64,000 bases of DNA from Trichosphaerium sp. ATCC 40318 (taxonomy: Eukaryota; Protista; Tubulinea), in NCBI GenBank assembly GCA_038496445.1, contig JALMLS010000322.1, positions 682,001-746,000 of the forward strand. The letters run 5' to 3'. The notes beneath the pieces are model-generated. The model was not told the origin of the DNA. It worked only from the letters and a program-made list of their open reading frames with translations, and made no database searches. Positions 39,032 through 51,166 of this stretch are shown in pieces. The position numbers and the translations under genes were made by a program. Each line of letters opens with the position of its first letter. The stretch's first letter is position 1.

Positions 39032-42000
39032 ACGGGTTATCAATAATAAACGAGCCAACGTTAAGTCAGGTAGCTAGCGTGTGAAATCCGTTTTTTCGAG
39101 TTGATACGTGACAATCGTTTGGGTTGGAAGGAATGTTCTATTTTCATGACAAGAACATATTCACAAGAGCGATGTGAATTCTACTGGACGTAGTACGAAT
39201 AATTTTCTGTGTATTCTTCATTGCACTGTTTTATGAGATCCGTGGAACTCGTTATATTTCATTTGCTAGGCTTCTGAGTTGGTGTTATTCTGTTTTGTTT
39301 ACAAAAAGTAATGAGGACTAAAAAAATAACGAGAATTTTCGTGGTGATATTGTATTTCAACAGTAGGATTAAAAGAGTGACGAACAAAAAAAGAAGCAAG
39401 AGTCACATTGAATTGTCATCATGACAAGTACGACAGTTTTACAATGCCACACCCAGTTAAACGCTTCCGCCCTTTGAACGGCCTAAGGTGTCAACGTCAA
39501 GACAGACTGGCCCAATAACAGGACTTAGGCGTGGTCCTACTGTGCAGACAACAGTGAATAAAAACAGCGATAGTGTTTCAGTTGGGTGCGACTTGTTTAC
39601 AATTGTCTTCTTGCAACAGCGCTTGAGGTTTCATTTTTTAGAAACTCTCAGGGTTTCTTGAGCTTCATTTACGAAGTGGAAGCCCTGGAGAGGCACCTGG
39701 AGAGGCACCTGGAATAGAAAAGCTTACAGGAAAACAACAGATTATTCGCGAAAGAAATTCATGGTATGTGCCATTGTGCACGCTGCATCTTTGCCAGAGA
39801 AGCTTAGTACCGCGTTAAAAGAATGTTGTAGGCTTTGTACAGTATCTAGCTCCAAGCAATACGCCAGATCCCGTCGCACAGCCTTCTAGTGTATAGAAAG
39901 ACTACGAAGAAAGTAAAGTGAGACGTTAAAAGTCTCATATGAGAAGCAAGGTATCTAGCACTAACTTGAAGAAAAAGAAAAAAAATGACAAGTGAGATGT
40001 ATTAATAAAAAACCAACGCCCTTTTGTACAGTCACCGCTATGTTTAGTAATGAAAGCAACTTATTTTGCGAAATATAAATCATGGCAGACTTCCAATGAT
40101 GGTGGTTTTCGATTCATGTTGAAGCGGAGAGATAAGGACAAAGCTGGACCTTGTAATATGAGCAAATATCAAAAAAAGTTTATTGGAGGCAAGGTGCTAG
40201 GATACTCTGTGTTACGGAGAGCCTTGCCTGTTAGCGCCTTGGTGATATGCATCTACCATTGAAAGTAGATGTTGCTGCCCTGGAAATTAGGTTTCCAACC
40301 AGATAAATACCGTAACGAAGGTACCAAGCATCAAGCTCTTAAGGCGCCCTCTCCGCTCAGCGGAGTAGCGGCACATCAGTCAGAAGGGTTAATTAAGACC
40401 GGCTTACTATTGAAGAAATTAGTTCGATTTATAAACCTGTACAAATTAACCATAAAAAAAAAGTGGTTTTGAAGAAACTGCGCGAAACCGCGTCTAGCGC
40501 TACAACGCACCAATAGAAACAGCTTCGATTAACCTTTAGTTCTAATTTGTTGGTGCAAGACGCACAAGTATCCATATTACTTCTAAACAGTCCTTAGACC
40601 TTCACTTACGCAATTGCATAACGCACAGCCCATTACAAGCAATGTGCACTAGTGCATCCGTGTTGATTTCTGTATTGTTATCTGAAAATTCTAACAAGGA
40701 AGCGTCTAAACCGACCCTGCGCGGAAAACATGTATTAGAGTGTTCTCATTCTACAACACGTCAAATCCACTGTAAAACGCTTCAAAATCAATAAGAATAG
40801 CATTTTTCGATCGGTTTCGCTTTAATTAGTTGTTTAGGAAGGTATTCGACGCAAAAACGTGATCGTACCGGTTTGAGGGTTTTTTTTTGGCAAAACCGGT
40901 TGAAATTGGTGTTGTAACTCGTGTTAGTGCATTGTGCAGCGTTTGACCGACTTTAGATCTGTAAGCGATTTCTTTAGCGTCGTTTGCGTTTTTGAGCAAA
41001 CCTTGATCTATTTCAGCTGCTTAAAACCACTCTACAATCGCTTGATTAATTTAAAAACAGTACGTGGTATTCGTTACGCGCACTTTAAACCTCATCAGCG
41101 CTTTTAGATTGAAAAAAACGTGATCGTAAACCGGTATTGCGTTTAAAATCTCGTTTTATATTCTTATCAGCTTTGTAAAGTGTCAACAGCGCTTACACCT
41201 TGTTTGAATTACTTCGGCCGCGAAAACGTGATCTTTGATTTTAGCTTAAATCTGACCAAGACTGACCACCTTATTTCGCATGTAATGTACTAAATATGTT
41301 CTCCTACTAAACGACAAAACAAAAGGACGCATATTGGCTACTTCTCGCTATAGACGTTGCCAGAAGCAGCTCTTATCGCAGTTCTGAGGTCATTGCATCA
41401 CATAGCTTGTGTCAGAGGTACATATCACGCTTTACTGCTATCACCCTTGTGCGTATTAGGTTTGGAGCACCGAGAAAAGCTCACAGAGCTTGCATGCAGT
41501 GCTATACAGCACAGACCGCTCTAGAAAAAAAGTTACCGAAGGAAAAAACGTATCTACAGCTAAAGCTGGACAAAATAATAAGAAAGGACATTCATAACCA
41601 ACCGTCATGATTTGGAGCGTGGTTAGTATTTTTTTTGTTTTCGCGAGTTTCTTTTTGTATTTGCTAAGTTTAGAATTTTAGTACCTTAGATTTGCTCTAT
41701 CGCTCAACTACCCTCAGTAGTATTTAAAGAAATGGTGGAAAGATTTCTACATTTGATACCAAGCAGGGATAATTGCTGTTCGATTGTAACCTGAACCATT
41801 TCTTTTGAGATGATTTGTGCCGGTTTGGCGTGTTATGCTTTCTTAGAAAGCCTCATCCAGTGGCATTTATTAATGCATACGGTTGGTCAATGCAGGAACA
41901 AACATTATGTCGGTTGTGAAATAAATTATTTAATGTAACTTTACCATTGCCTAATAGTGTTTGGTGTTGTGGTTCTTTAATTTAAAATTGTCACTTTCCT

Positions 42001-42142
42001 GTTTAGACAGCAAGACTATCGTTACCAGAGGCTAAAAGTTCATTCCAGATTTTTCAGAGCCACGTGCAATAACACCAGCCTTGTATCTGTACTAGCGTTA
42101 GGTACAATATGTTACTGTGTTTCCTTATAGCTATTTTTATCA

Positions 42143-43213
42143 CTAGATATTACAACCATGTAGTACTAATTTTTTTACATTGGACAGTGGAGTAAGCCAT
42201 GTCTTTGTAGCTTTTGTAAATGACAAATCTACTGTGTGTGCATGTGCAAGGCTGTTCATGCACTCTCCAGTAATACCCATACAGTAAGCTAATCTGATTT
42301 TAACAACTTCTTTCAAAGACGAAACACCTTTATCTGTTACTGATGTATGACTCAAATCTATGGTATGTACTCCGACCAAGGCTGAAATACTCTTGTCCGT
42401 TACAGACGTAAACTTCAAACCTATTGTATGTACTCCGCCTAATTTAGAAACACTCTTATCTGTTACTGCCGTATCTGTTAAATATATTTCATGAACTCCA
42501 GTCAGTTTCGAAACTCCAGCATCTGTAATGTTTTTACAATCACTCATATAGATTGTATGAACACCAGCTAGTTGTGAAAGACCTACGTCGGATATTCCAT
42601 CACAGCCTGTCAAACCGATAGTGTGTACACCAGAAAACGTAGACAGTACATCATCATTTGCTTCTCTGGACCAAGGTAGCATTACCTGTGATAACCCAGC
42701 TAGTGCTTTCAGACCCGATGTGGTGATTCCTCGAACATGACAAAGGGAAATTCGCTTGAGGTGTTTTGCAATGTGTTTTATTCCTTCATCTGATATTTTG
42801 TTGCAAAACTTAATGTTCAAGTTACGCACTCCACATACAGACTTCAATCCTTCGTCTGTGATATTATTGTTACAGCCAAATGAGAGAGATTCCACACCAG
42901 AAAGAAAAGCAAGATCTTGATCTGTGGCTTTAGGGAACTTATGAAATGATATTGCAGTGTTTTTTAGTAAAGGACTTTCTGCCAGACAAGAACAATGTTC
43001 GCTTGATTTAACTTTGATTTCACCATAACCAATATAACGCTGTATTATGTTCAATGCTCCTTTACAGGTCTGAGATGCGCGACATCGACCAGAAATATCC
43101 AAAAAAGAGAGTAAATGCACAAGTGTTTCTGTTGGTAAGTCTAATAAACGAATAACTGAGTCTTCCCCTGTTCTGACTTGAATAGCGTTTCCTTTACTGT
43201 TTTTAGCAAGCAT
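42143..43213 (-). CDS. F-box + leucine-rich repeat (cysteine-containing LRR/AMN1-like) protein, intronless
   Basis: LLDLPTETLVHLLSFLD...ASQTCK F-box and about 11 L.GVHTI.L..T.VTD.GV repeats. Confidence 0.88.
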   Translation of the reverse strand: MLAKNSKGNAIQVRTGEDSVIRLLDLPTETLVHLLSFLDISGRCRASQTCKGALNIIQRYIGYGEIKVKSSEHCSCLAESPLLKNTAISFHKFPKATDQDLAFLSGVESLSFGCNNNITDEGLKSVCGVRNLNIKFCNKISDEGIKHIAKHLKRISLCHVRGITTSGLKALAGLSQVMLPWSREANDDVLSTFSGVHTIGLTGCDGISDVGLSQLAGVHTIYMSDCKNITDAGVSKLTGVHEIYLTDTAVTDKSVSKLGGVHTIGLKFTSVTDKSISALVGVHTIDLSHTSVTDKGVSSLKEVVKIRLAYCMGITGECMNSLAHAHTVDLSFTKATKTWLTPLSNVKKLVLHGCNI

Positions 43214-43946
43214 AGAGCTGTGCTGGGTTGCAGGTGAAGTGTCAAAGGTAGTAACTGCGAACGAGAGTAGGTATTACTTGAAAATACTGTCATTAATTTT
43301 TTTTCATCTTTTTTTAAGCTGGTGATCAGTGAAAGTCTTTCTGCAATAAGTGATTACGATATCACGCCTGTCTCCATTTAAGCGTCCCTGCTTTCGGGTA
43401 AAAAAGCCGAAATGGTGTACTACGTCCAGACGTGCCTTGCTGTTTCTACAAAGAAAACTCGGCTTTTTCATCTTTAGCTCACAACGCCCTGAAACGCATA
43501 CAAAGATTACACTTGTCTCCTAAGCAAGTAAGGCCGTTCGAAGGGTGGAAGCGTTTAACTAGGCGTCGACATTGTAAACTGTCGCACTTGTTACCGCTAC
43601 CCACGTGATAAATAAGCGCTACAGTTTTGAAACAGTGCTTCACTCGGTTGACTCACACTTGTTTTTTTTAACGGTCAGCTGGCGTATTAACGTGTTTAAA
43701 CGCTTCAGGTGTTATCTCTTAAGTGCCTAAAACGTATGGAAGGCGTAATGCAACAGGAGAAACCCATAGGAATGCGTACCAAATCATAACTCATCAATAT
43801 GTGTGTATAGTCCCTTCTACGCATTAGTTGTAACCGCCATGCACGCCACACACTGCACATGGGCTAAAACCGTTGTGAATTTTCTCATACAGCGAGCCTT
43901 TGTTTAAATATTTTCATTCTGTTCCAAATAACACAAGCAACACATC

Positions 43947-46411
43947 ATGTCTGGCCCTATCCAATACAAATTCTCTGACTTTACGACCATGTGGTAAGTG
44001 TCTTACAAAACCCAAATGAAAAAATTTGCGATCAAAATCAGTTTTTTGTGGATATTTTATGTACAGCTTTGTCTAAATTCTGTTTAGTTACGCCGATCAA
44101 GGCAAAGTACGTTCTTAAGGCTCTTTTTTGGAAGGATCATTTGTGTTGTGTCTTACGAGGGTTTTTTCTTTAGGCGTTTTTAAACGCTTATTGGGACGAT
44201 TGTAAAGGCACGTGATCTGTTTTTTTGTGTTTTGGTAATTTTTTTGATCGTTTTTTGGATATTTCTAACGTTCTTCGTTTAGATAACGCAGAAGATGTAT
44301 GGAAATGGGTGAACCGTTTTGTTGAGCTCGACCTTGATAAGGGAAAAGAAGGAAATGACATAGATGAAGTAAGTAATTGAAAAAACAAGCCAAACAATAC
44401 TTTGTTTGTTATGTTTTCAACAATTCTTTTGTCAGAAGGTTAGAAGTTAACCACTTGTTTTAGTTCAACGCTCATCGCTTCCTTGAAGGCATTGGTACGC
44501 ACCTGACCTTATATAAACAGTTATCTCGCGATTCACCTCTTTATTTTCTGAAAACCTGAAACGAAACTTTTTTTCATAACACGTGATTTCAAACCGAAAA
44601 TAACAAAAATTTCAGGCGAAACCTTGACCGTCAAACAACTCAGAGAAGAGCTTTCAAAAGCTGATCTTGATTTCAACAAAAGACTTGCCGTAAGTAAAGT
44701 AAAACTAATACGAAATCTAAAAAGGTGTAGGTCATTGAATACTGCTTATACAAGAATGGTAAAGTTATCGAAGATTTCTGCAAAAGACCACAAGTAAGTT
44801 TTTTTTCCCTGTGTTTACCTCTTTTCCTTTTTCTTCTTTGTTGTAACATATGCGTAGGGTGATCCAGAAGAAGTCAAAAAGGCCGAAGCCGCTCTCAAGA
44901 GAGTTATGGCAGCAATGAAAGATGCTCAAGAAAAAGCTGAAGCCGCTAAAGCAGCTGCACAACAAGCACGTGCTGATGAAGCAGATGCAAAAGCAAAAGA
45001 AGCAGATGCTAAAGCCAAAGCTGCTGATGCCAAACAAAAAGAAGAAGCCGCTAAACAGAGAGTACGTGAACATTTCTTTGCTGTCAATGACGTACTACGA
45101 GTTCTGCTTCAAGCGTTATCAAAAAATTTACTTTTTTGTATTGCGTTTTATTAACTTATTATTAGGCTGCTGAAGCAAAAGCAGCAGAAGACGATGCATC
45201 TGCCAAAGCAGCTGAAGCTAAAAGACAAGAAGATGATGCTAAGAGCAAGGCAGACGAAGCTAAATGTGATGAAGACAATGCTAAGGATGCTGCAAGCTCT
45301 GCTAAGGCAGCTGAACTTGAAGCAAAGAGACAAGCAGAAGACGCTGCTGCCAAAGAAGCTGCTGCAAAAGCCTCAGCTGCTGAAGCTGCTGAGAAAGAAA
45401 AGATTGCTCGCGCAAGAGCAGATGAACTCAAGGCCGCTGAGGATGAACTCCGCGCTGCTTTGAACGCTCTCAAGGTAATTACCATTTAAACACTTGTAAA
45501 CATGAACTAATGGCTGTTTAGGCTCAAGAAGATGCTTATAATAACAGAACTGAGGAGCTAAAGAAAAAGAGCGAAGAAGGAGGTGTTGTCACTAGAGGAC
45601 GTGCAAAGGCTGATCTAGCTGTTCACTTGGCTGAGGTAAGCTTCATACATTTAAAACTAGGTAAATACTGACCATGTTAACCTAGGATCCTTTGCCTCTT
45701 CGTAGAGCAAAAATCACACAAGAAGCTGCAACGAAAAAAGCAGAAAAAGCACGCCAACCTGCTGAAGAAGCAGCCGCTGCTGCCGCCAAGTCTCGTGAAG
45801 CCGCTGAAAAGGATGCCGCTGCTGCTACTGCATCAAGAGAAAGCGCAGAAGCTTCCCATGCTGATGCTGTATCCAAACGTGAAGCCGCTGACGCTGCACA
45901 CGCTCAAGTAAGTTGCCATTATTCATTGTGAAAACCAATTCTTATTTTACTTTAAGGCTGTTGCTTCACGTGAAGCCGCTGATGCTGCCCATGCTGAAGC
46001 AGTTGCTGCTAGACAAGCTGCTGATGATGCTCACGCAGCTGCTGTCGCTGCTAGACAAGCCGCAGACCAAGCTGCAGCAGAAGCAACTGCCGCTCGTGAA
46101 GCCGCTGATGCAGCACAAGCCGCTGCAGAAAAGGCTGCTGCTGATGCTGTAGCTTCTCGCGAAGCTGCTGAAGTAGCACAAGCTGAAGCCAACGCCGCTG
46201 TAGACGCTGTAGCTGCTGAGGTAGAGAAAGCTGAGGCTGCTCTACAAGAAGTTAGCAACAGCTCTGTTGGTCAAGGAAACGTCTGGGTAAGTACTTGTTC
46301 TTTCTGAAGTTTATCTTTTCTAACACGTGATTGTAGTGGTTGGAAAGAGAGCTTCATGAAGCTAAGAAATACATGCCATTGAAGAAAGGTGGTATTTCAC
46401 GTAAAGAATAA
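43947..46411 (+). CDS. calcium-regulated 34 kDa-type actin-bundling protein (Dictyostelium ABP34 family) with long Ala/Glu/Lys coiled-coil insertions
   Basis: QGKAFLNAYW, EF-hand-like FNAHRFLE..GETLTV..LREEL..ADLDFNKRLA.IEY, GGVVTRGRAKA.LA.HLAEDPLPLRRAKITQEAA and GQGNVWWLERELHEAKKYMP.KKGG. Confidence 0.82.
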
Positions 46412-46671
46412 ATTATCTATCTTAACTGTAGAAAAGAATAAAATAGTTAGAAGCAAGACTGCTCTTTTGTTTAATGCACTTCTGTTTGTTAGCTCCAAGC
46501 CACGTGCTACCTGCAATGACACTTTAAGAGCTGCTCAAAAGTCACTGTATTAGTTGCGGGGCAGGATTAATTCACGTGTACACATCACAGAATCGCAGAA
46601 GTCAAAGGTATTATTATAGCGTTAAAAATGCACACAGTACGCTGCTTGTCAGAAGTCTTGCACGTACCTAC

Positions 46672-47324
46672 ATGAACGAAAGTATTCAGCAACCGCCTCG
46701 CAATGGTGGTGACTCGGTATCTACGAAAACACTCAAGCTTGTCAGAAAGTACACTAAACAACTAGATCCAGTGCTAGATAAGCAAAACAAAGCTGTAAAG
46801 GTGCGTATGAAAGCGGTTGGGGGTATAAGTACTTGTTGCGACTCTGCGCAGTGGTACGGCCCGCGTCTATGGACCAGCATCAAGGAACGTACCTCTAAAC
46901 CTTGATCGTTGTTACTAGAACAAAAAACTGGAGCAACCTCCGCGCAGTGGTACGGCCCGCGCATACGGACTCACTGCTTTAGTTTTTATTCAAAATGTAA
47001 CAAATGAGCGCGATCTTTCGTTGGAAGTGGTTTTTCTCATTTCTCACCGCACCTTAGGAAGCGTACCATGCAGCACTGAACGATTTAGCTAAAACGGTAG
47101 TTGATCTTGAAGAACGCTTAAAAATACAAGCAGGACACAAGAGAAAAGCCGATTCATTACAAATAACGAATACAAAATTGAGTGAAAGAGTTGATGAATT
47201 AGAAACAACAAACAAAAGGCTTAAAAAGAAGTTAAGAATAGTAGGAGAGTTCGTATCAAGCGATATTGATGCTGAAGAAAGTGATAACGACGACATACTC
47301 CTTCTTCAACTAAAAGAGAAATAA
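46672..47324 (+). CDS. small coiled-coil hypothetical protein (2 exons)
   Basis: Exon 46672-46800, intron GTGCGT 46801 to AG 47058, then EAYHAALNDLAKTVVDLEERLK...LSERVDELETTNKRLKKKL. Confidence 0.5.
46846..46961. repeat. perfect 20-bp GC-rich direct repeat GCGCAGTGGTACGGCCCGCG, two copies (46846-46865 and 46942-46961)
   Basis: Directly visible; similarity extends to about 33 bp. Confidence 0.9.
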
Positions 47325-47914
47325 AAATAATGCCTTGCATTAAAACGCGTCAAATTGTATTATTCTAAGCTACAGGACGATTTTAACGCGTACCAGACCA
47401 ACATTACAAGTATCAAATGCGTTGCACATTTTGACAGGCAAAATTTCTCTTGAGACGTTTGTACGTATAACGTTGAGGGAGCCATATCTTTCTAGGACTA
47501 CTTTCTGTGTCAATTTTACGATTTGAAAGCTACGCAACATTTCAGCGGGTTTCTACGTTAATGTAATTTTCATGCGCCAGCATGCCAACCGGTCATGAAA
47601 CCAGGCGTTGTGAAGGTACATATAGCTAAATCGACAAAACAAACCGTGTATTTAGAGTCAAGCTTTTAAATCCATTGATCAATACCACAAGCGCAATAAA
47701 CGGTCTAATCGGGTTGCTTTTCCCAAGTACGTCAAACAAACCGTTTTATTGATTTATTGTTCCTTTGACGCCACAATAAACGCGCGTGTACCTAATAATG
47801 ACACAGAAATGTCACACAAACGAAGTCTTCACTTATTTTATCAAAGCGCAAGCTAGACGCTTCTGAGGGTACTTATATACGTACTATATTGATATTGAGC
47901 GAAATAGTTAAAAA

Positions 47915-50456
47915 ACAAGGAGATTGGCTTGATGTTGAGGCACAAAAGGAGTTTGTTCGCAAAGTACGCCATACAAACGACGACTTGCCGCTGTGTGTCA
48001 ATTAAAATGGCTTCTAAACTAGTTTGAAAAATTGAGTGGCATACAAGTCCTTGATGATTGGTATGACATTACCATAATGAACGTTGTTTTTAATGGTGGC
48101 TCTGGATTACTTCAGTAAGTGGCAATAAATAGTTTTCTTGTTTTTTTTTATTCGTTTTGGATTTTGAACAAAAAACTAACCATTACTCGCTTAGAAACTT
48201 TAACAGTTCTTTGCAAACGTTCTTGAATTATATATATCCTGAACACGAATGGGTACCATGGCGATTTGGTACGGTTATCATCCGCTAAAGCGGGAAATTT
48301 CGCGAACTCTCATAAAAACAATACAAAAGTTTTTCCCTTTTTGTTTCTCTGACTGAGGTTAGGTTCTGTCCCAAAGCACTTCTGGAATAAAACAGATAAT
48401 ATAAATATGTTTGCTAGACACGTGCGTTTATCATTTTTTTTGGGTAGAGTACGAGTTTGTAAGGCGTTAAAGATAAAAGCAAGGTTGAAAAAAGTCTGAA
48501 GCTAGATACCATAAACGATTGGTATAGAGTATCTATAGTTGATGTTGGTAAGCTTGGTGGAACTGGTCTATTGTACGCATAGTGTGGATTGAAATTAAAT
48601 TATATTTCAAGGCTTGTAACTAAGTTACAACCAAAACTGATTTGTTCTGACATGACTCAATCTCTGGTTTTCTTTACGTTGTGTTAAATCAGTTTAGAGG
48701 GCTTCATGGTCGATCTATGCAAAAGCTTCTGTTATGGATATATCCATTTCACAACTGGAAGCCATATAGATTTTGTACGTTTTAACCTAAAGGCAAAATT
48801 AATATATGACATCAGCATATCAATGAAAATTATAAGAAAGTCAAGTTTTAAAGAAACATCGTTCTAATTTAGTGGTAGTGCGAACTAAATATAAATTTTG
48901 GAGTAACCGAGAAAATAGAGAAATGTATATTCGTGACGTAAGTTATAACTTGAGCTAATCTATGTTTTTGTTTGGTTTTGCATTTGACTGATTAGTCACT
49001 CTAGTTAGAAGAATTTCTGGGCATTAAAGATATAAAGGACTGGTATGGATATACAGCTGAACATTTGAAGGATTTCTATGGTTGGGGAGTACTTGGGTGC
49101 GGTTATAAACAAAGAACCATAAAATATTGTTGCTTGAAATTATAAAGTTAAATCCATTTCTCTTATGTACATCTAGTTCATTCAATAATTCAATGCAAGC
49201 AGTGATAAAGGATACATATATAGACTATCCATGGAATCCCACTGGATTTAGTACGTACTGTAGACATGTGGAAGAGCCTCTTTCTTCAATTATTTTTGTT
49301 TAGCTAAAGCCTTTGTTAACTTCTTTTCTAGCTCACGTTGTTTATAATTTCTGGGCGAGTTCAGAAAACTTAAGAGAGTTCTTTATTAAAGTAGAAAGAG
49401 GAATTAATATTGAAAAAATAAGCGATTGGCATTTTGTTACTACACAACAACTAAGGAACTATGGAGGTGGAGGTGTACTTAACTATTGGCCTGCACCTCT
49501 CTTTCGTATATACCCAGATGAAGTGTGGGATGTTACTTATTTTAAAGCAAAAAGGGAGAAGAGAAGTTCTCAGATGTACGTTTAGCAAGAATGTCACGTG
49601 ATTTAAGTTTTTACTATGACGTTTGGTGGCAAAGGTTTACAAAGACAATAGGTTTTCGAAACTTTTTTTTTAATATCAGCTTTTGGCTCTTGTCTGAACC
49701 ACCTTATTCTATTAAATGCGCCTTACTTCTCTCAAAGTATCTGTATTATATCTTTAGTTTAAAACAAAAGCGCAAATCCGCTGCAATCGCGCAGGAAGTC
49801 AATTATTAATTTTTTTTTGTAGGAACCTTTTCTCAACAATACGAAAAATATTTCCAAAACTTGAGATTATAGATGAGTACTATACTGGTCTACCTTCTGT
49901 TAGAAGTACTGTATCATTAGATGTGTTCGTACCAAAGTATAGCTTGGGTTTTGAATACCAAGGAAAACAGCACTACAATGATATTCCTCAAGCTTACGCT
50001 CCTGTAATGTTACAGGAGGCAATAGATTCTAATAAAGAAACTCAATGTCGGCAACAAGGTACGCGCATTAAGTGAGGTGTTGAGGCAAATGATTTTTTTT
50101 AGGTATTACGGTTATACCTATTCCTTATTCTTGGTCTGTTGGTGATATTGATAGTATCAAAGCTACCATTGCACATTTTAGGTACAAAACTTGTTTTGTA
50201 TTAAAGATTTTTTGAATTTCTTCTTTCGCTTGTATCCTTATTTATTATTATAGAAGCGACATTCCAATTAAAGTACCAGAAGGAGTTGAACCGTTACTTG
50301 AAATACCTACATCAATTGACGACCAAGAAAAGGAAGGTAAAATGTCACGAATTTTGTTTCCTAGTAGTCTGATTTTTTTATTCGGTAGTCACTTTAGTAA
50401 AGTCCTTGATGCAGGCAAAATCTCATTTTGCTACTTACCAAAAAAACTGTACATAA
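47915..50456 (+). CDS. second Trp-rich repeat protein (about 4 repeats) + Vsr-like PD-(D/E)xK nuclease; start codon not located
   Basis: DDWYDIT...NGGSGLL, YPEHEWVPWRF, PKHFWNKTDN, FWASSENLREF; C-terminus VSLDVFVPKYSLGFEYQGKQHY...DSNKETQCRQQGITVIPIPYSW. Confidence 0.75.
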
Positions 50457-51166
50457 ACGGGTAATTAATCAAAAGTAGTACATAATACAAGAGAATGTGG
50501 CCACTTTTGACCTGAACCACATTTGACAAATCAGATTGTATTTTTTTGAATTACTTGGTGCGTTTGAGGTCGTCTGCACAATCGACATCTCTTCGCCTTT
50601 TTTATCGCTGAATTGTACCACCATCTGCAAACATTATTTACTTACCGCAGTTACTTCACTTCAATTCAAAACAAAAAAAAACCAGACCAAGAAAAACGCT
50701 GCAGTGTACTTCTAAAATACAATAATAACACGTGAAAAGGATACTAGAGAGTCAACGTTGAGCTACATACCCTCGTAAACCTACAAGAGTGTTTATTATT
50801 ATTACGATCTTCTAAAAACCCTCCATAAAGCTCGGACGCGCATACATTAACTCCACCACGTGCTTTTTTGCCGTTTCGGCCGTTTTGTCCTTTACCACAC
50901 TAACCGTGTTATCGAACTCCGTAGAACGCACGGGAGATGCCACAAAGGGCTCTTTTTGCGTCTTGTATTGATAAAAGGACTTTAAATAAAGGCTATGCTG
51001 AAGCACATGTTTTTATTTGTGCGATGAGAATAGAATATATCTGTTCAGGAGATAACTATCATGCTTAGTGTCAAAGAACCTCAAAAGCAGATTTAGGAAA
51101 GTACAAAAGAGCAAGCAACTTGTCTTGGGCGTAGACTATTAAGAACATAAGATAGCATTTATTTCT

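Noticed and set aside
39685-39713. 12-bp tandem duplication CTGGAGAGGCAC, about 2.4 copies
   Set aside because: A short local slippage repeat with no supporting structure; the surrounding ORFs are unrecognisable.
44202-44282. Possible non-canonical GC-AG intron (donor GCACGT at 44208)
   Set aside because: A canonical GT donor at 44202 gives the same phase; cannot be decided without cDNA.
44765-46258. Antisense and alternative-frame ORFs over the actin-bundling gene
   Set aside because: Shadows of GCT/GCA/GAA-rich low-complexity coding sequence.
46846-46961. Possible CRISPR-like repeat-spacer unit
   Set aside because: Only two repeats, a 76-nt spacer, eukaryotic context and no cas genes.
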